Shown: positions 20,690-30,785 of the stretch, piece after piece | How positions within the stretch are numbered: position 1 is the stretch's first letter | Layout of the letters: each line of letters begins with the position of its first letter | IMG/VR virus record: IMGVR_UViG_3300042402_004372 | DNA: 64,000 bases | From: a virus | Strand: one strand, 5' to 3' | Made by a program: the position numbers and the translations under genes | The notes under the pieces: model-generated | Told to the model about the DNA's origin: nothing | What the model saw: only the letters and a program-made list of their open reading frames with translations | Database searches by the model: none

Positions 20690-23600
20690 GTGGCTAATCC
20701 AAGTATTACCGGCAATCAAATAGCCATTGATCCTATTTCTGGAGTATTCTTCTTCAAAAATAGCAATGGTTCATTAGTTAGTTCATCTTTGAATTTACTT
20801 CAAACTTCGAATACTCAAATAACAACAGAAGATAGTGTTCAAGTTTCTGGAAATTTAGTAGTTTCTGGAAATCTTACCGTTAATGGCACTATCGTCACAG
20901 TAAACACAGAATCAATTGTTATTGAAGATAAAAATATTGAACTTGCTAACGTATCATCACCATCTAACGTGACAGCAGATGGTGGTGGAATAACATTAAA
21001 GGGAACTACAGATAAAACTTTTAACTGGAGCAATAGCACCGCATCTTGGACTTCTTCTGAAAACATAGATCTTGCATCTGGTAAAACATTTAAGATTAAT
21101 GGAACAGAAGTATTATCAGCAAATGCATATACTGGCTCAGCAGCAAAATGGACCAATGCTAGATTAATTACTTTAGGTGGCGACCTATCTGGAAATGTCT
21201 CGATAGATGGCTCTGCTAACGTAACTCTTACTGCAACTATAGTTGCTAATTCTGTAGCTTTAGGTACTGACACAACTGGTGATTATGTTGCTTCTCTAGT
21301 TGCCGGAACAGGAATTTCTTTAGCTAATAACTCTGGAGAAACTACTACTCCAACAATAACACTTAATGCAACAATAGATGATCTAACAGATGTTACTTTA
21401 ACCACTCCAGCCAATGGTGACTTCTTTAGATACAATGGATCTGTTTGGATTAATGATGCTATTAATTTATCTACAGATACAATAGGTGATTACGTAGATC
21501 ACCTTAGTGCGGGCACTGGCATAACGATTACTAACAATTCTGGTGAAGCTTCAGTTCCAACTATCTCAATTCCTCAATCAGTTGCCACCAATGCAAACGT
21601 TGCCTTCAATCAGGTAACAGCTGCTTTAGTGGGTGCAGTCACAGGTAACGTAACTGGAAACATAACTGGAAATGTTACTGGAAATGTTACTGGAAATGTT
21701 ACTGGTGATTTAACTGGAAATAGCAATGGAGTTCACACTGGCAATGTAACCGGTACAGCAAGCAATGCATTAGTTTGGACCAATCAAAGAAAAATTACTT
21801 TAGATGGTGACGTAACTGGTAACGTATTTATAGACGGAAGCGCTAACGTAACAATAACAACAACAATTGCTTCTAACTCCGTAGAGCTTGGTGCCGATAC
21901 GACAGGTCAATATGTAGCAAACTTAGTTTCGGGCACTGGTATAACAATAACTGATAATTCCGGTGAAGGAATGACACCAGTTATTAAAATAGCAGATTCT
22001 TATACTACAAACATGGTTTCTAATATAGCAAACTCCGCAGCAAGCGTAAGCACATATGCTGACGGTGTTGGAAACACTGCCTATTCAAATGCAGTAACTT
22101 ACGTCAACAATAGAACATTGAATGACTTTACGGAAGTAGTTATTACTACTCCAACTTCAGATAACCTATTAATGTATAACGGTTCTGCTTGGATTAATCA
22201 AGCTGTTAATATAAATAGATTATCAGATGTTAATGTTAACCCTAGCACTCTTGGCGCTTATCAAGTGCTTAAATACGATAGCAACACTTCACAGTGGGTT
22301 AATGGCACAGTTGATTGGGAGCTTCCTGTTGGTCTAGCTTATAACACCACTTTGGGAGATGGCACAAACAGTACATTTACTAAAACTCACGGACTAGGCA
22401 CCCGAGATATTTACGTAACATGCAGGACTACAAATGCACCGTATGAAGTTGTAGAGGTAAGGTGGGCAGCAACAGATCTCAATAATGTTACATTTACATT
22501 TTCTACAGCACCATCGAGTGATTCAATTTCAGTAACAATATTTTCTAACGTCTCTAGTTCTATGCTAAATGCTCCATCTTTAGGCAGTTTAGATGACTTT
22601 GTTATTGCTGGTGCTGGGATTACTGCAGGGCAATACATTGTGTGGAATGGTAGTAAGTGGTACAACAAAACATTACTACTTGATGATGCATCTGATGTAC
22701 AAATTAACACCTTAACCACTGGTGATATCTTAAGATATGATGGAACCTTTTGGGTAAACGACCCAATTAATCTTGGTACAGATACAGTTGGTGGATATAT
22801 TACATCGCTTGTAGCCGGAACTGGTATTACGCTAATTAATAATACAGGCGAAGGTGCAACGCCAACTATAACGGTTGATACTTCAGTTATTCAAGCACGT
22901 GTTGCTAATGTTACTGACACAGAAATTGGATACTTAGACGGTGTAACTTCGGCAATTCAAACACAGATAAATAACAAACTTGATTCGTCAACAGCTGGAA
23001 CTACTTATGCGCCTTTGGCTAATCCTACGTTTACAGGAACAGTTGCGGGTATTTCAGCAACAATGGTTGGTCTTGGTTCTGTTGACAACACGGCTGATAC
23101 CGCTAAACCAGTTTCTATTGCTCAACAAAACGCTCTTGATCTAAAAGCAAATGTGGCTTCACCAACATTTACGGGAACGGTAACTATCCCAGCAGGCGCT
23201 TCAATTTCTGGTTTTGCAACACTTGCTGATCCTACGTTCACAGGAAATGTTTCTGGTATTACAAAAACAATGGTTGGTCTAGGTAACGTTGATAATACAA
23301 CAGATCTTGGAAAACCAATATCAAATGCTGTTCAAACAGCACTTGACTTAAAAGCTCCTCTTGCAAATGCTACATTTACAGGCACAATAACCCTTCCTTC
23401 GAATACGGTTACATCTTCGATGATTATGGATGGAACTATTGCCAATGTTGATATCAGCGCATCGGCTGCAATTGATTATTCTAAATTATCATTAAGTAAC
23501 TCGATTGCTACTACCGACTTAGTATCTGGTGCAGCTAGGGCAGGATTCAATTCAACATTAAGAACAGTTACCTCAAGTAATACTCTTGTAATTTCAGATC

Positions 23601-23854
23601 TTGCTAAATTAATAGTAGTAAATAGCTCTTCTACTGCTAATATTACGGTGCCTGCAGATGATACAGTTAATTTTAATGTTGGTGATAGAATAGATTTTGT
23701 TACAATTAATACTGGTTTAGTAACATTTATTGCTGGAGGTGGAGTTAACGTATATGGCACTCCTGGTCTTAATTTGCGTACACAATACTCTGGTGCTACA
23801 CTAGTTAAACTAGCCACTAATACCTGGGTAGCAATGGGTGATCTAAAGGCCTAA
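20690..23854 (+). CDS. Large repetitive tail fibre / adhesin
   Basis: 1054 aa with NVTGNVTG tandem repeats, SLGSLDDF modules and C-terminal module …GTPGLNLRTQYSGATLVKLATNTWVAMGDLKA. Confidence 0.8.
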   Translation: MANPSITGNQIAIDPISGVFFFKNSNGSLVSSSLNLLQTSNTQITTEDSVQVSGNLVVSGNLTVNGTIVTVNTESIVIEDKNIELANVSSPSNVTADGGGITLKGTTDKTFNWSNSTASWTSSENIDLASGKTFKINGTEVLSANAYTGSAAKWTNARLITLGGDLSGNVSIDGSANVTLTATIVANSVALGTDTTGDYVASLVAGTGISLANNSGETTTPTITLNATIDDLTDVTLTTPANGDFFRYNGSVWINDAINLSTDTIGDYVDHLSAGTGITITNNSGEASVPTISIPQSVATNANVAFNQVTAALVGAVTGNVTGNITGNVTGNVTGNVTGDLTGNSNGVHTGNVTGTASNALVWTNQRKITLDGDVTGNVFIDGSANVTITTTIASNSVELGADTTGQYVANLVSGTGITITDNSGEGMTPVIKIADSYTTNMVSNIANSAASVSTYADGVGNTAYSNAVTYVNNRTLNDFTEVVITTPTSDNLLMYNGSAWINQAVNINRLSDVNVNPSTLGAYQVLKYDSNTSQWVNGTVDWELPVGLAYNTTLGDGTNSTFTKTHGLGTRDIYVTCRTTNAPYEVVEVRWAATDLNNVTFTFSTAPSSDSISVTIFSNVSSSMLNAPSLGSLDDFVIAGAGITAGQYIVWNGSKWYNKTLLLDDASDVQINTLTTGDILRYDGTFWVNDPINLGTDTVGGYITSLVAGTGITLINNTGEGATPTITVDTSVIQARVANVTDTEIGYLDGVTSAIQTQINNKLDSSTAGTTYAPLANPTFTGTVAGISATMVGLGSVDNTADTAKPVSIAQQNALDLKANVASPTFTGTVTIPAGASISGFATLADPTFTGNVSGITKTMVGLGNVDNTTDLGKPISNAVQTALDLKAPLANATFTGTITLPSNTVTSSMIMDGTIANVDISASAAIDYSKLSLSNSIATTDLVSGAARAGFNSTLRTVTSSNTLVISDLAKLIVVNSSSTANITVPADDTVNFNVGDRIDFVTINTGLVTFIAGGGVNVYGTPGLNLRTQYSGATLVKLATNTWVAMGDLKA
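21645..21755 (+). repeat. Approximately 12-bp tandem repeats encoding (N-V/I/L-T-G)n
   Basis: aatgttactgga units repeated consecutively: ggtaacgtaactggaaacataactggaaatgttactggaaatgttactggaaatgttactgg. Confidence 0.9.
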
Positions 23855-23856
23855 TT

Positions 23857-24361
23857 ATGACAGTTCCAATAGGCAGTTCGGGCCGGTTCAAGAAGAGCAA
23901 CCAAACCCTTAATTGCGCAAAAGGCAACAAAGTCTACTGCTAACGCTGCAATCATTGCCGCTGGTTTTGTTGTTGGCACCGTAAGTAATACGGCAACACA
24001 AGATAATACTTTAAATGATGTTGTACACACTGCGTTAACCGATAGTAGTGTGGCACTATTAGGTAGCGCCATTAACTATACCGTAGGAGCTTTTTCTCCA
24101 CCAACATTCTTTGGTCCTCCAAGCTTCTTTGGTCCTCCAGGATTCTTTGGTCCTCCAGGATTCTTTGGTCCTCCAGGATTCTTTGTCCCTCCATCTTGTG
24201 GTTCCTGTGGGGATGGTGGCAGTTCAATAGTTCAGTGTTGTGCAGGCAACTGCTTTAAAACTGTATATAAAAATGCATGTGGAGTTGCTTGTTCGGAAAC
24301 TGGGTGTGGCGGTCCAGGCTGCTGTGCAGTTCATGGTAGTTGTTCGGGTGTCGGATGCTAG
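23857..24361 (+). CDS. Collagen-like (GPP-GFF)n protein with Cys-rich tail, +1 frame change at CGG 23884
   Basis: MTVPIGSSG-[CGGT]-SRRATKPLIAQKATKSTANAAIIAAGFVVGTVSNTATQDNTLNDVVHTALTDSSVALLGSAINYTVGAFSPPTFFGPPSFFGPPGFFGPPGFFGPPGFFVPPSCGSCGDGG…CCAGNCFK…. The track shows only the part from 24050. Confidence 0.82.
23884..23887 (+). promoter_or_regulatory. CGG recoding site 6 (CGGT)
   Basis: GGC CGG TTC AAG …; +1 GGT TCA AGA AGA GCA. Confidence 0.85.
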
Positions 24362-24423
24362 TAACTGATTTTTATGGTAAAATGTATAACTGCAAATAAT
24401 ATCTTAAGGAGATTATTTTAATT

Positions 24424-24624
24424 ATGAATACAGAAGCATATTATTTTTTTATCATTGATGGAGAAGTTGTTTGGAAACAAACAGTAGAAATAAAAGCAGA
24501 AATGGAGATGGTTAATGCAATATTCTCATCTGATCCAAAAGTTGTAAGAGCTCCAGATGAGTTGGCTAAAACTATCAGAGTAGGTTGGAAATATGATGGC
24601 ACTAACTTTATTCCTCCAGCATAA
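24424..24624 (+). CDS. Small hypothetical phage protein
   Basis: Intact 66-aa ORF. Confidence 0.5.
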   Translation: MNTEAYYFFIIDGEVVWKQTVEIKAEMEMVNAIFSSDPKVVRAPDELAKTIRVGWKYDGTNFIPPA

Positions 24625-24629
24625 CCAAC

Positions 24630-24857
24630 ATGACACCTTGGCAAGAATATAAGAAAAAATTAGGTACAACACGTCCTTGGGATGTGTTTAATCCAAGCAT
24701 AGAACATACCTCCGAAGAAGCAGCATCAAGCAGATATAGTACTTGTCTTGAATGCGATAGGCTGATAAAAGCTACAAGGCAATGCAAAGAATGCGGATGC
24801 GTTATGCCACTGAAAGTAAAGCTAAAAGCAGCAGTTTGCCCCTTGGGTAAATGGTAA
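24630..24857 (+). CDS. Small zinc-ribbon-like protein
   Basis: CLECDRLIKATRQCKECGCVMPLKVKLKAAVCPLGKW, multiple CxxC motifs. Confidence 0.65.
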   Translation: MTPWQEYKKKLGTTRPWDVFNPSIEHTSEEAASSRYSTCLECDRLIKATRQCKECGCVMPLKVKLKAAVCPLGKW

Positions 24858-24979
24858 TATTTAATTTTCATAATACGTAATTATATGTTAATATAGATTT
24901 ATAAGTTTATGCATTGGATTATTTAGTGTCATGATTACTATTTATCATAGTAGATTTTTAAAAAAGGAAGAGGTGCCTT

Positions 24980-27920
24980 GTGGCTTATAATGGATCCCAG
25001 TTTGCGGTAAATAATACTCTCTTACTAAAGAGATCAGACGAGGCAGCAAATGCGCCAACTTCACTAGCTGAGGGTGAATTAGCAATCAACGTTGTTGATG
25101 GTAAATTGTTTTATAAGAATAAAACAGCTAATGCTATAATACGGAATTAATTTAATATCCAATGTTGTTGGCACCGCAAATCAAGTTTCAGTAACTGCCA
25201 ATGCTACTTCTGGAGTTTATACCCTAAGTCTTCCATCTACTATTCAGACTAGTCAAGCTAATGTTTCAACTCTATTTGTTGACGGAATTGAAATTGATAC
25301 AACTGGAGCTACAACCAATCAAGTTCTAAAATTTAATGGAACTAAGTTTGCACCAGATGCCGATACCGGTTTAGCTGGAACAGTTCATACTTCAACTATT
25401 GGAGATGGCACAACTTCTACATTTACCATTACTCACTCATTGGGAACAAGAGATGTTGTAGTTGTTGCGCGCAATGCAGCAAGCCCATATGAAGTCATTG
25501 ATGTTCGTTGGGAAGCCACAACAACTGGAACTGTTACTCTAGATTTTTCAACCGCACCTTCTTCAAGCTCGGTTAGAGTTGGTGTTTATGCAGCTGTTGC
25601 TGGCTCTACTATCTCAATAGCTTCAATTGATGATCTAGGTGATGTTACCCTTTCTTCAGCCGCCAATGGAGACTTCCTTCGTTATAACGGTTCAGTTTGG
25701 ATTAACGACGCAGTAAATCTTTCAACTGATACTATTGGAGATTATGTTTCTAGTTTAGTAGCTGGAACTGCAATTACTCTTTCTAATAATACCGGTGAAG
25801 GCTCTACTCCAACAATAGCAGTAACAGCAAATACTTTTGATGCGTTTGGTGCAGCCTCATCTGCCCAATCCAATGCACAAACTTTTGCTACAAACTTAGT
25901 CGCAAACGTAGCCACTTCATTTGAAGTTGCTGGCGATTCTGGAACAAGCAAGACAATCACTTCTGGTTCAGATACTCTCAGCATTTTGGGTGGTACGGGT
26001 TTAACATCTGTAACATCCAATACTGATACTGTCACGATTAATCTTGATAACACAGCTGTTACTGCTGGTTCCTATGGAAACGCAAGCACTGCAGCTAGTA
26101 TTACCGTTGATGCACAAGGTCGTTTGACTTCAGCTTCGCAAAATGCAATTAGCATTCTTGCCAGTCAAGTTTCAGACTTTGCCGCCAACACAAGAGCACA
26201 GATAAGCGTTTCTGGAGATCTTGCTTATAACTCAAGCACTGGTGTAATTAGTTTCACAAATGACGCTGGAGATATCGAATCGGTTACAGCTGGTACTGGA
26301 CTTACTGGTGGTGGCACCTCTGGTGCAGTTACCCTCGACTTGGCCAACACAGCTGTAACTGCTGGTAACTATGGTTCTGCGGGTACTGTTGGAACCTTTA
26401 CAGTTGATGCACAAGGTCGCCTAACTGCTGCTAGTAATTCAGCAATTTCAATCACTGCTTCGCAGATCAGCGACAAGGGTACAAACCTTGTTACTGGTTT
26501 GACAGGAACTGCAAATGAAATTGCGGTTTCTAATTCTGGCGTTGGTGCGGTAACATTAAGTCTTCCAGCTAACGTAACGATTTCAAATAACTTAGTTGTC
26601 ACTGGAGACTTGACAGTTAGTGGTAACACAACAACTGTTAACACAGAACAGTTGAACGTTGAAGATAATATTATCACATTAAACTCTGGCGTTACAGGTG
26701 CCCCAACATTAAATAGTGGCATAGAAGTCAATAGAGGAACATCAACAGATGTTTCAATTCTTTGGAATGAAACTACCGATAAATGGACATTCACAAATGA
26801 TGGAACAAACTACGTTAACATTGCTAGTAACTCGGACATTGCAAACGTAGCAACAGCTTTTACGGTAGCTGGAGATAGTGGATCAAGTCAGACAATAACT
26901 TCTGGTACAGATACATTAACAATATCTGGTGGCACTGGTTTGACATCTGTAGCTGGCGCAACAGATACAATCACATTAAACCTTGATAACACAGCTGTCA
27001 CAGCAGGATCATATGGAAACGCAAGCACCGTACCCAACTATACGGTCGATGCACAGGGTCGTTTGACCGCAGCTGCAAATACTTCAATTAGCATTCTTGC
27101 AAGCCAAGTTTCGGACTTTTCCGCAAACACAAGAGCGCAAATAAGTGTTTCAGGCGACCTAGCATATAACTCAAGTACTGGTGTGATCAGCTTCACAAAT
27201 GATGCAGGTGACATTGAATCGGTCACTGCTGGTACTGGACTTAGTGGTGGTGGCACCTCTGGTGCAGTTACCGTTAGCCTGGCCTCAACAGCTGTAACAG
27301 CTGGTAGTTATGGTAGCTCGTCTTCCGTAGGAACATTCACCGTAGACGCTCAGGGACGCCTCACAGCAGCTTCTAACTCGTCTATCTCGATTACTGCCAG
27401 CCAGGTCTCAGACTTCACTGAGGCAGCTCAGGACGCTGTAGAAGGCGCGATAACGGCAGGTACGGGTGTAACCAAGGCCTATAACGACAGTGCTAATACA
27501 ATCAGCCTCTCAATTGGCCAGGACGTTGCCACCAACGCAGCAGTTACCTTTGGTAGCGTAGCAACTGGAGCAATAACACTTGATTCTGGAACTGGTGAAC
27601 TTAATACTTCAACTCAAGTAGTTACCGTGAACACGGTCACAACAGTTGATAGCTTTGATAAGACAGTTTACAGAACAGCTAAGTACCTTGTTCAAGTAAC
27701 CCAGGGATCAAAGTACACAACTTCTGAAGTTCTTTTGGCTCATGATGGTACTGATTCCTATATGTCGGAGTATGCAGTAATTGAGCTTGGAGCATCAAGA
27801 ATACCAATGACTGTATCAACTTCAATTTCTTCAGGAAACGTATTATTAAGAGTTACGATTACAGATGCCGCATCAACAAATGCAACAGTCAAGGTAGCAA
27901 GAACGCTTATAGCAGTGTGA
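24980..27920 (+). CDS. Tail fibre repeat protein, GTG start, +1 frame change at CGG 25142
   Basis: VAYNGSQFAVNNTLLLKRSDEAANAPTSLAEGELAINVVDGKLFYKNKTANAII-[CGGA]-INLISNVVGTANQVSVTANATSGVYTLSLPSTIQTSQANVSTLFVDG… then the 826-aa ORF. Confidence 0.85.
25142..25145 (+). promoter_or_regulatory. CGG recoding site 7 (CGGA)
   Basis: ATA CGG AAT TAA; +1 GGA ATT AAT TTA. Confidence 0.88.
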
Positions 27921-27972
27921 TATAATAGTAATTAAGTTTTAAAATATAAAACTAGAGGGACAGTGAACTTTA

Positions 27973-29004
27973 GTGGCTAATAAAGATTTCATAGTAAAAA
28001 ATAGTCTTATTGTTGGCTCTACCGTAACAATCAACGGTATTGAGCTAGATCTGGCTGGAATCACTACCGGTCAAGTATTAACCTATAATGGTAGTAAGCT
28101 TTCTGCTACAAATATAGCAGACACACTGCCATCAAATATATCTTCTTATTCACAGACTATTGGCAATGGATCCAGTAGTACATTTACCATAACACACAAT
28201 CTAGGCACAAAAGATGTTGTTGTTTTAGTTTCATCTACAGGTAATGAATACGATGATAGTGCAACTCCTCAATTAATTCCGGCATCCAATATAGAGGTTA
28301 GATGGGAATCTGCTACTGATAATTCTATTTTTTTAGAGTTTGAAAAAGCACCGATAAGTAATTCTAGAAAAGTTTTAATTTTTTCTGCTGGTTCAGAAGT
28401 TTATTATTCAGAAATAATTGGTGATGGTGTTAGTTCTTCCATAGAATTAAATCACAACCTAGGATCCAGAGAAGCCGTTGTAGTTGTTTACAATGCTAGC
28501 TCTCCCTATGAAGTTGTAGAAGTAGCAGTTCAAGCCTACTCTACTCAAAAAATAATTTTAGACTTCTCTAAAGCTCCTCAAACGAATTCTTTAATAGCTT
28601 GTGTATTTTTGCCATTAAATGGTTATTCTTATGGAGAAATGATTGGTAATAACAGTAGTAAAACTTTTACCATAAATCATAAATTAAATACACTAGATAT
28701 AGGAATTATTTCAAGAGATACTAGCGGCTTATTTGATTTTCCTAAAGTAAGATATGAGTTGATAGATGAAAACAATGTAAAACTATATTATTCATCTGCT
28801 CCTGCAAATAATTCAAGATACATTACGGTTTACGCTGGTTTAGGTGGAAGAATAAACATTCCATCATTTGATGATATCTCAGTAGATGTTCCACCCACAC
28901 CCTCTAGCTCCGGAAATATTGGAGATATGGCTTGGGATGAATCTTTCATATACATATGCATAGCTACAAATACTTGGAAGAGATCCGCTTTGACAACTTG
29001 GTAA
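27973..29004 (+). CDS. Tail-fibre-like protein
   Basis: Repeated modules GDGVSSSIELNHNLGSREAVVVVYNASSPYEVVEV shared with neighbouring fibre genes. Confidence 0.6.
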   Translation: MANKDFIVKNSLIVGSTVTINGIELDLAGITTGQVLTYNGSKLSATNIADTLPSNISSYSQTIGNGSSSTFTITHNLGTKDVVVLVSSTGNEYDDSATPQLIPASNIEVRWESATDNSIFLEFEKAPISNSRKVLIFSAGSEVYYSEIIGDGVSSSIELNHNLGSREAVVVVYNASSPYEVVEVAVQAYSTQKIILDFSKAPQTNSLIACVFLPLNGYSYGEMIGNNSSKTFTINHKLNTLDIGIISRDTSGLFDFPKVRYELIDENNVKLYYSSAPANNSRYITVYAGLGGRINIPSFDDISVDVPPTPSSSGNIGDMAWDESFIYICIATNTWKRSALTTW

Positions 29005-29025
29005 TAAGTTGCTATAATTGTTTCT

Positions 29026-29897
29026 ATGTCTGCAGAAGAGCAACAAATAAAAATAAACCCTCGGTAAGACTTCTCATGATGAAGAAATAGTTTCACATTT
29101 AGTGATTAATGGATTTACAATTAATCCAATAAAAGATAAAAAGGTATTTGAAACCTTTATTAATTCTTTATGCGAAAATTATGATCAAAAACATTTTTGC
29201 GATCACCGACCCCATCTTAAAATAATACATAAACACTATTTAGGAAAACAAATAGGAGAACCTTCGATCTCATATATATCAAATGAATCGTTTAAAGGTT
29301 TAATTCGGATTTGCAGTACTAGACAATGGTTATTTTGTTATAAAAATTTGGGACGATATTTATCCAGCTGAAATTCAATTTGATTTATACCTAGATGAAA
29401 AAATGGAAGATTGTTCAACAATAATTGATCATCTATCGTGTCCCGCAAAACCATTTGATGGAATGGGTATGTTTAATCACACTTACTCATTAACTCATTC
29501 TGTAAAAAATAAAACGTTTATTTCTAAACATAATAATAAAACACCAATGTATTTTGTTAATGAAGAATATAACGAAATAGAACTTAATAGACAAGGTGAA
29601 AATTATTCTATAATTTTAAATCAATTAAAAGAGATTGAATGTCATTTTTGCACTTTGGAAGGTAATAATTTAATCTTCATTGATTACCCAAGAAAAATTG
29701 TAGCAGTATGTAATAATCATATAAGTAATGGTTCAAAAAAAGAACTTAGCTCTGTATCCATAAAACTTAACTCTGAATCCGAAGAAGATATCGATCTAAG
29801 ACGCGTAATAAGCCCACAGATTAAAAAAATAACAAATATCATAGATGGTGAGATTATTACACAAAATATATATGTAACAGATCTTGACCTGGACTAA
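29026..29897 (+). CDS. Possible AdoMet-decarboxylase-like protein with degenerate active site; two +1 frame changes (CGG 29062 and 29306)
   Basis: MSAEEQQIKINP-[CGGT]-KTSHDEEIVSHLVINGFTINPIKDKKVF…SNESFKGLI-[CGGA]-FAVLDNGYFVIKIWDDIYPAEIQFDLYLDEKMEDCSTIIDHLSCPAKPF…. Contiguity is clear; the family call is tentative. Confidence 0.7.
29062..29065 (+). promoter_or_regulatory. CGG recoding site 8 (CGGT)
   Basis: CCT CGG TAA; +1 GGT AAG ACT TCT CAT. Confidence 0.78.
29306..29309 (+). promoter_or_regulatory. CGG recoding site 9 (CGGA)
   Basis: ATT CGG ATT TGC; +1 GGA TTT GCA GTA. Confidence 0.87.
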
Positions 29898-30726
29898 AAA
29901 GTACTATATAATAGATTGTATGCCCGTAGAAGAACAACCAATAAATATAACAATATCCAAAGAACAACTTGAGAACTGGCACGTTTTTTTTGCCCTTCCA
30001 TGTTATGACTCTCATGTAACTGAACCTTTCATGATGAGCTTCTTGCAAACAGCTCTTTATTTTAAAGAGATTGGTTTAAAGTATTCAGTCTGTACAATTT
30101 CAGATTCTTTGATTAACCGCGCAAGAAATAACCTTGTTGCTAAGTTCATGGGAAATCCAGATTATACTCATATGATATTTATTGACGTAGATCTTCAGTT
30201 TGATAAAGAATCAGTTTTAAAACTTTTATGGCATGATAAAGACGTCATGACTGCATCATATCCAATTAAAGAAATAAGCTGGGATAAAGTAAAAGAAGCT
30301 GCACAAGCAGATCTTCCAGCTAGTGATTTAATGGAGTATTCCACTAGGTACGTGGTGCATATGACAAAGCCAGGAGAAAATCAATTAAATATTGATAATG
30401 GTGCAATCGAATGTTATGAAGCCGGAACTGGCTTTATGCTAATGAAGCGTCAAGTATTTGATAAGATGTTTAAAAAATATAAAAAGCTCAAATACACCGA
30501 TGACACTGGGGCTCTAACTGGATTAGAAAGAGAAAATTCTTATGCTCTTTTTAATTCGTACGTAGATGATGATGGCAGATTCTTATCTGAGGATTATGGT
30601 TTCTGCAGGTATTGGCAAAAGATGGGTGGAAAGATTTGGGTTGACCCAACTATTAATTTAACCCATTTTGGCCGCATAAAATACACTGGAAAAATGTTAG
30701 ATTATTTAAAGAGAATAACACAATAA
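29884..30726 (+). CDS. Glycosyltransferase, GT-A type
   Basis: FFALPCYDSHVTEPFMMSFLQTALYF…INRARNNLVAKFMGNPDYTHMIFIDVDLQF; DxD-like motif. Confidence 0.75.
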   Translation: MTWTKKYYIIDCMPVEEQPINITISKEQLENWHVFFALPCYDSHVTEPFMMSFLQTALYFKEIGLKYSVCTISDSLINRARNNLVAKFMGNPDYTHMIFIDVDLQFDKESVLKLLWHDKDVMTASYPIKEISWDKVKEAAQADLPASDLMEYSTRYVVHMTKPGENQLNIDNGAIECYEAGTGFMLMKRQVFDKMFKKYKKLKYTDDTGALTGLERENSYALFNSYVDDDGRFLSEDYGFCRYWQKMGGKIWVDPTINLTHFGRIKYTGKMLDYLKRITQ

Positions 30727-30785
30727 TTTTCTAATTACTCCATTACTATATTCCTAGTTGTTTAAAGTATCACACTAGGAGAAAC

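Noticed and set aside
24050-24361. Independent start of the GPPGFF protein at ATG/alternative codon 24050
   Set aside because: The frame is open far upstream and joins ATG 23857 through the CGGT site at 23884. The paralogue has the same organisation.
19117-27920. CRISPR-like or mobile-element repeats in the fibre genes
   Set aside because: The repeats are coding, variable-length protein modules with no spacer/repeat geometry, inverted termini or transposase.
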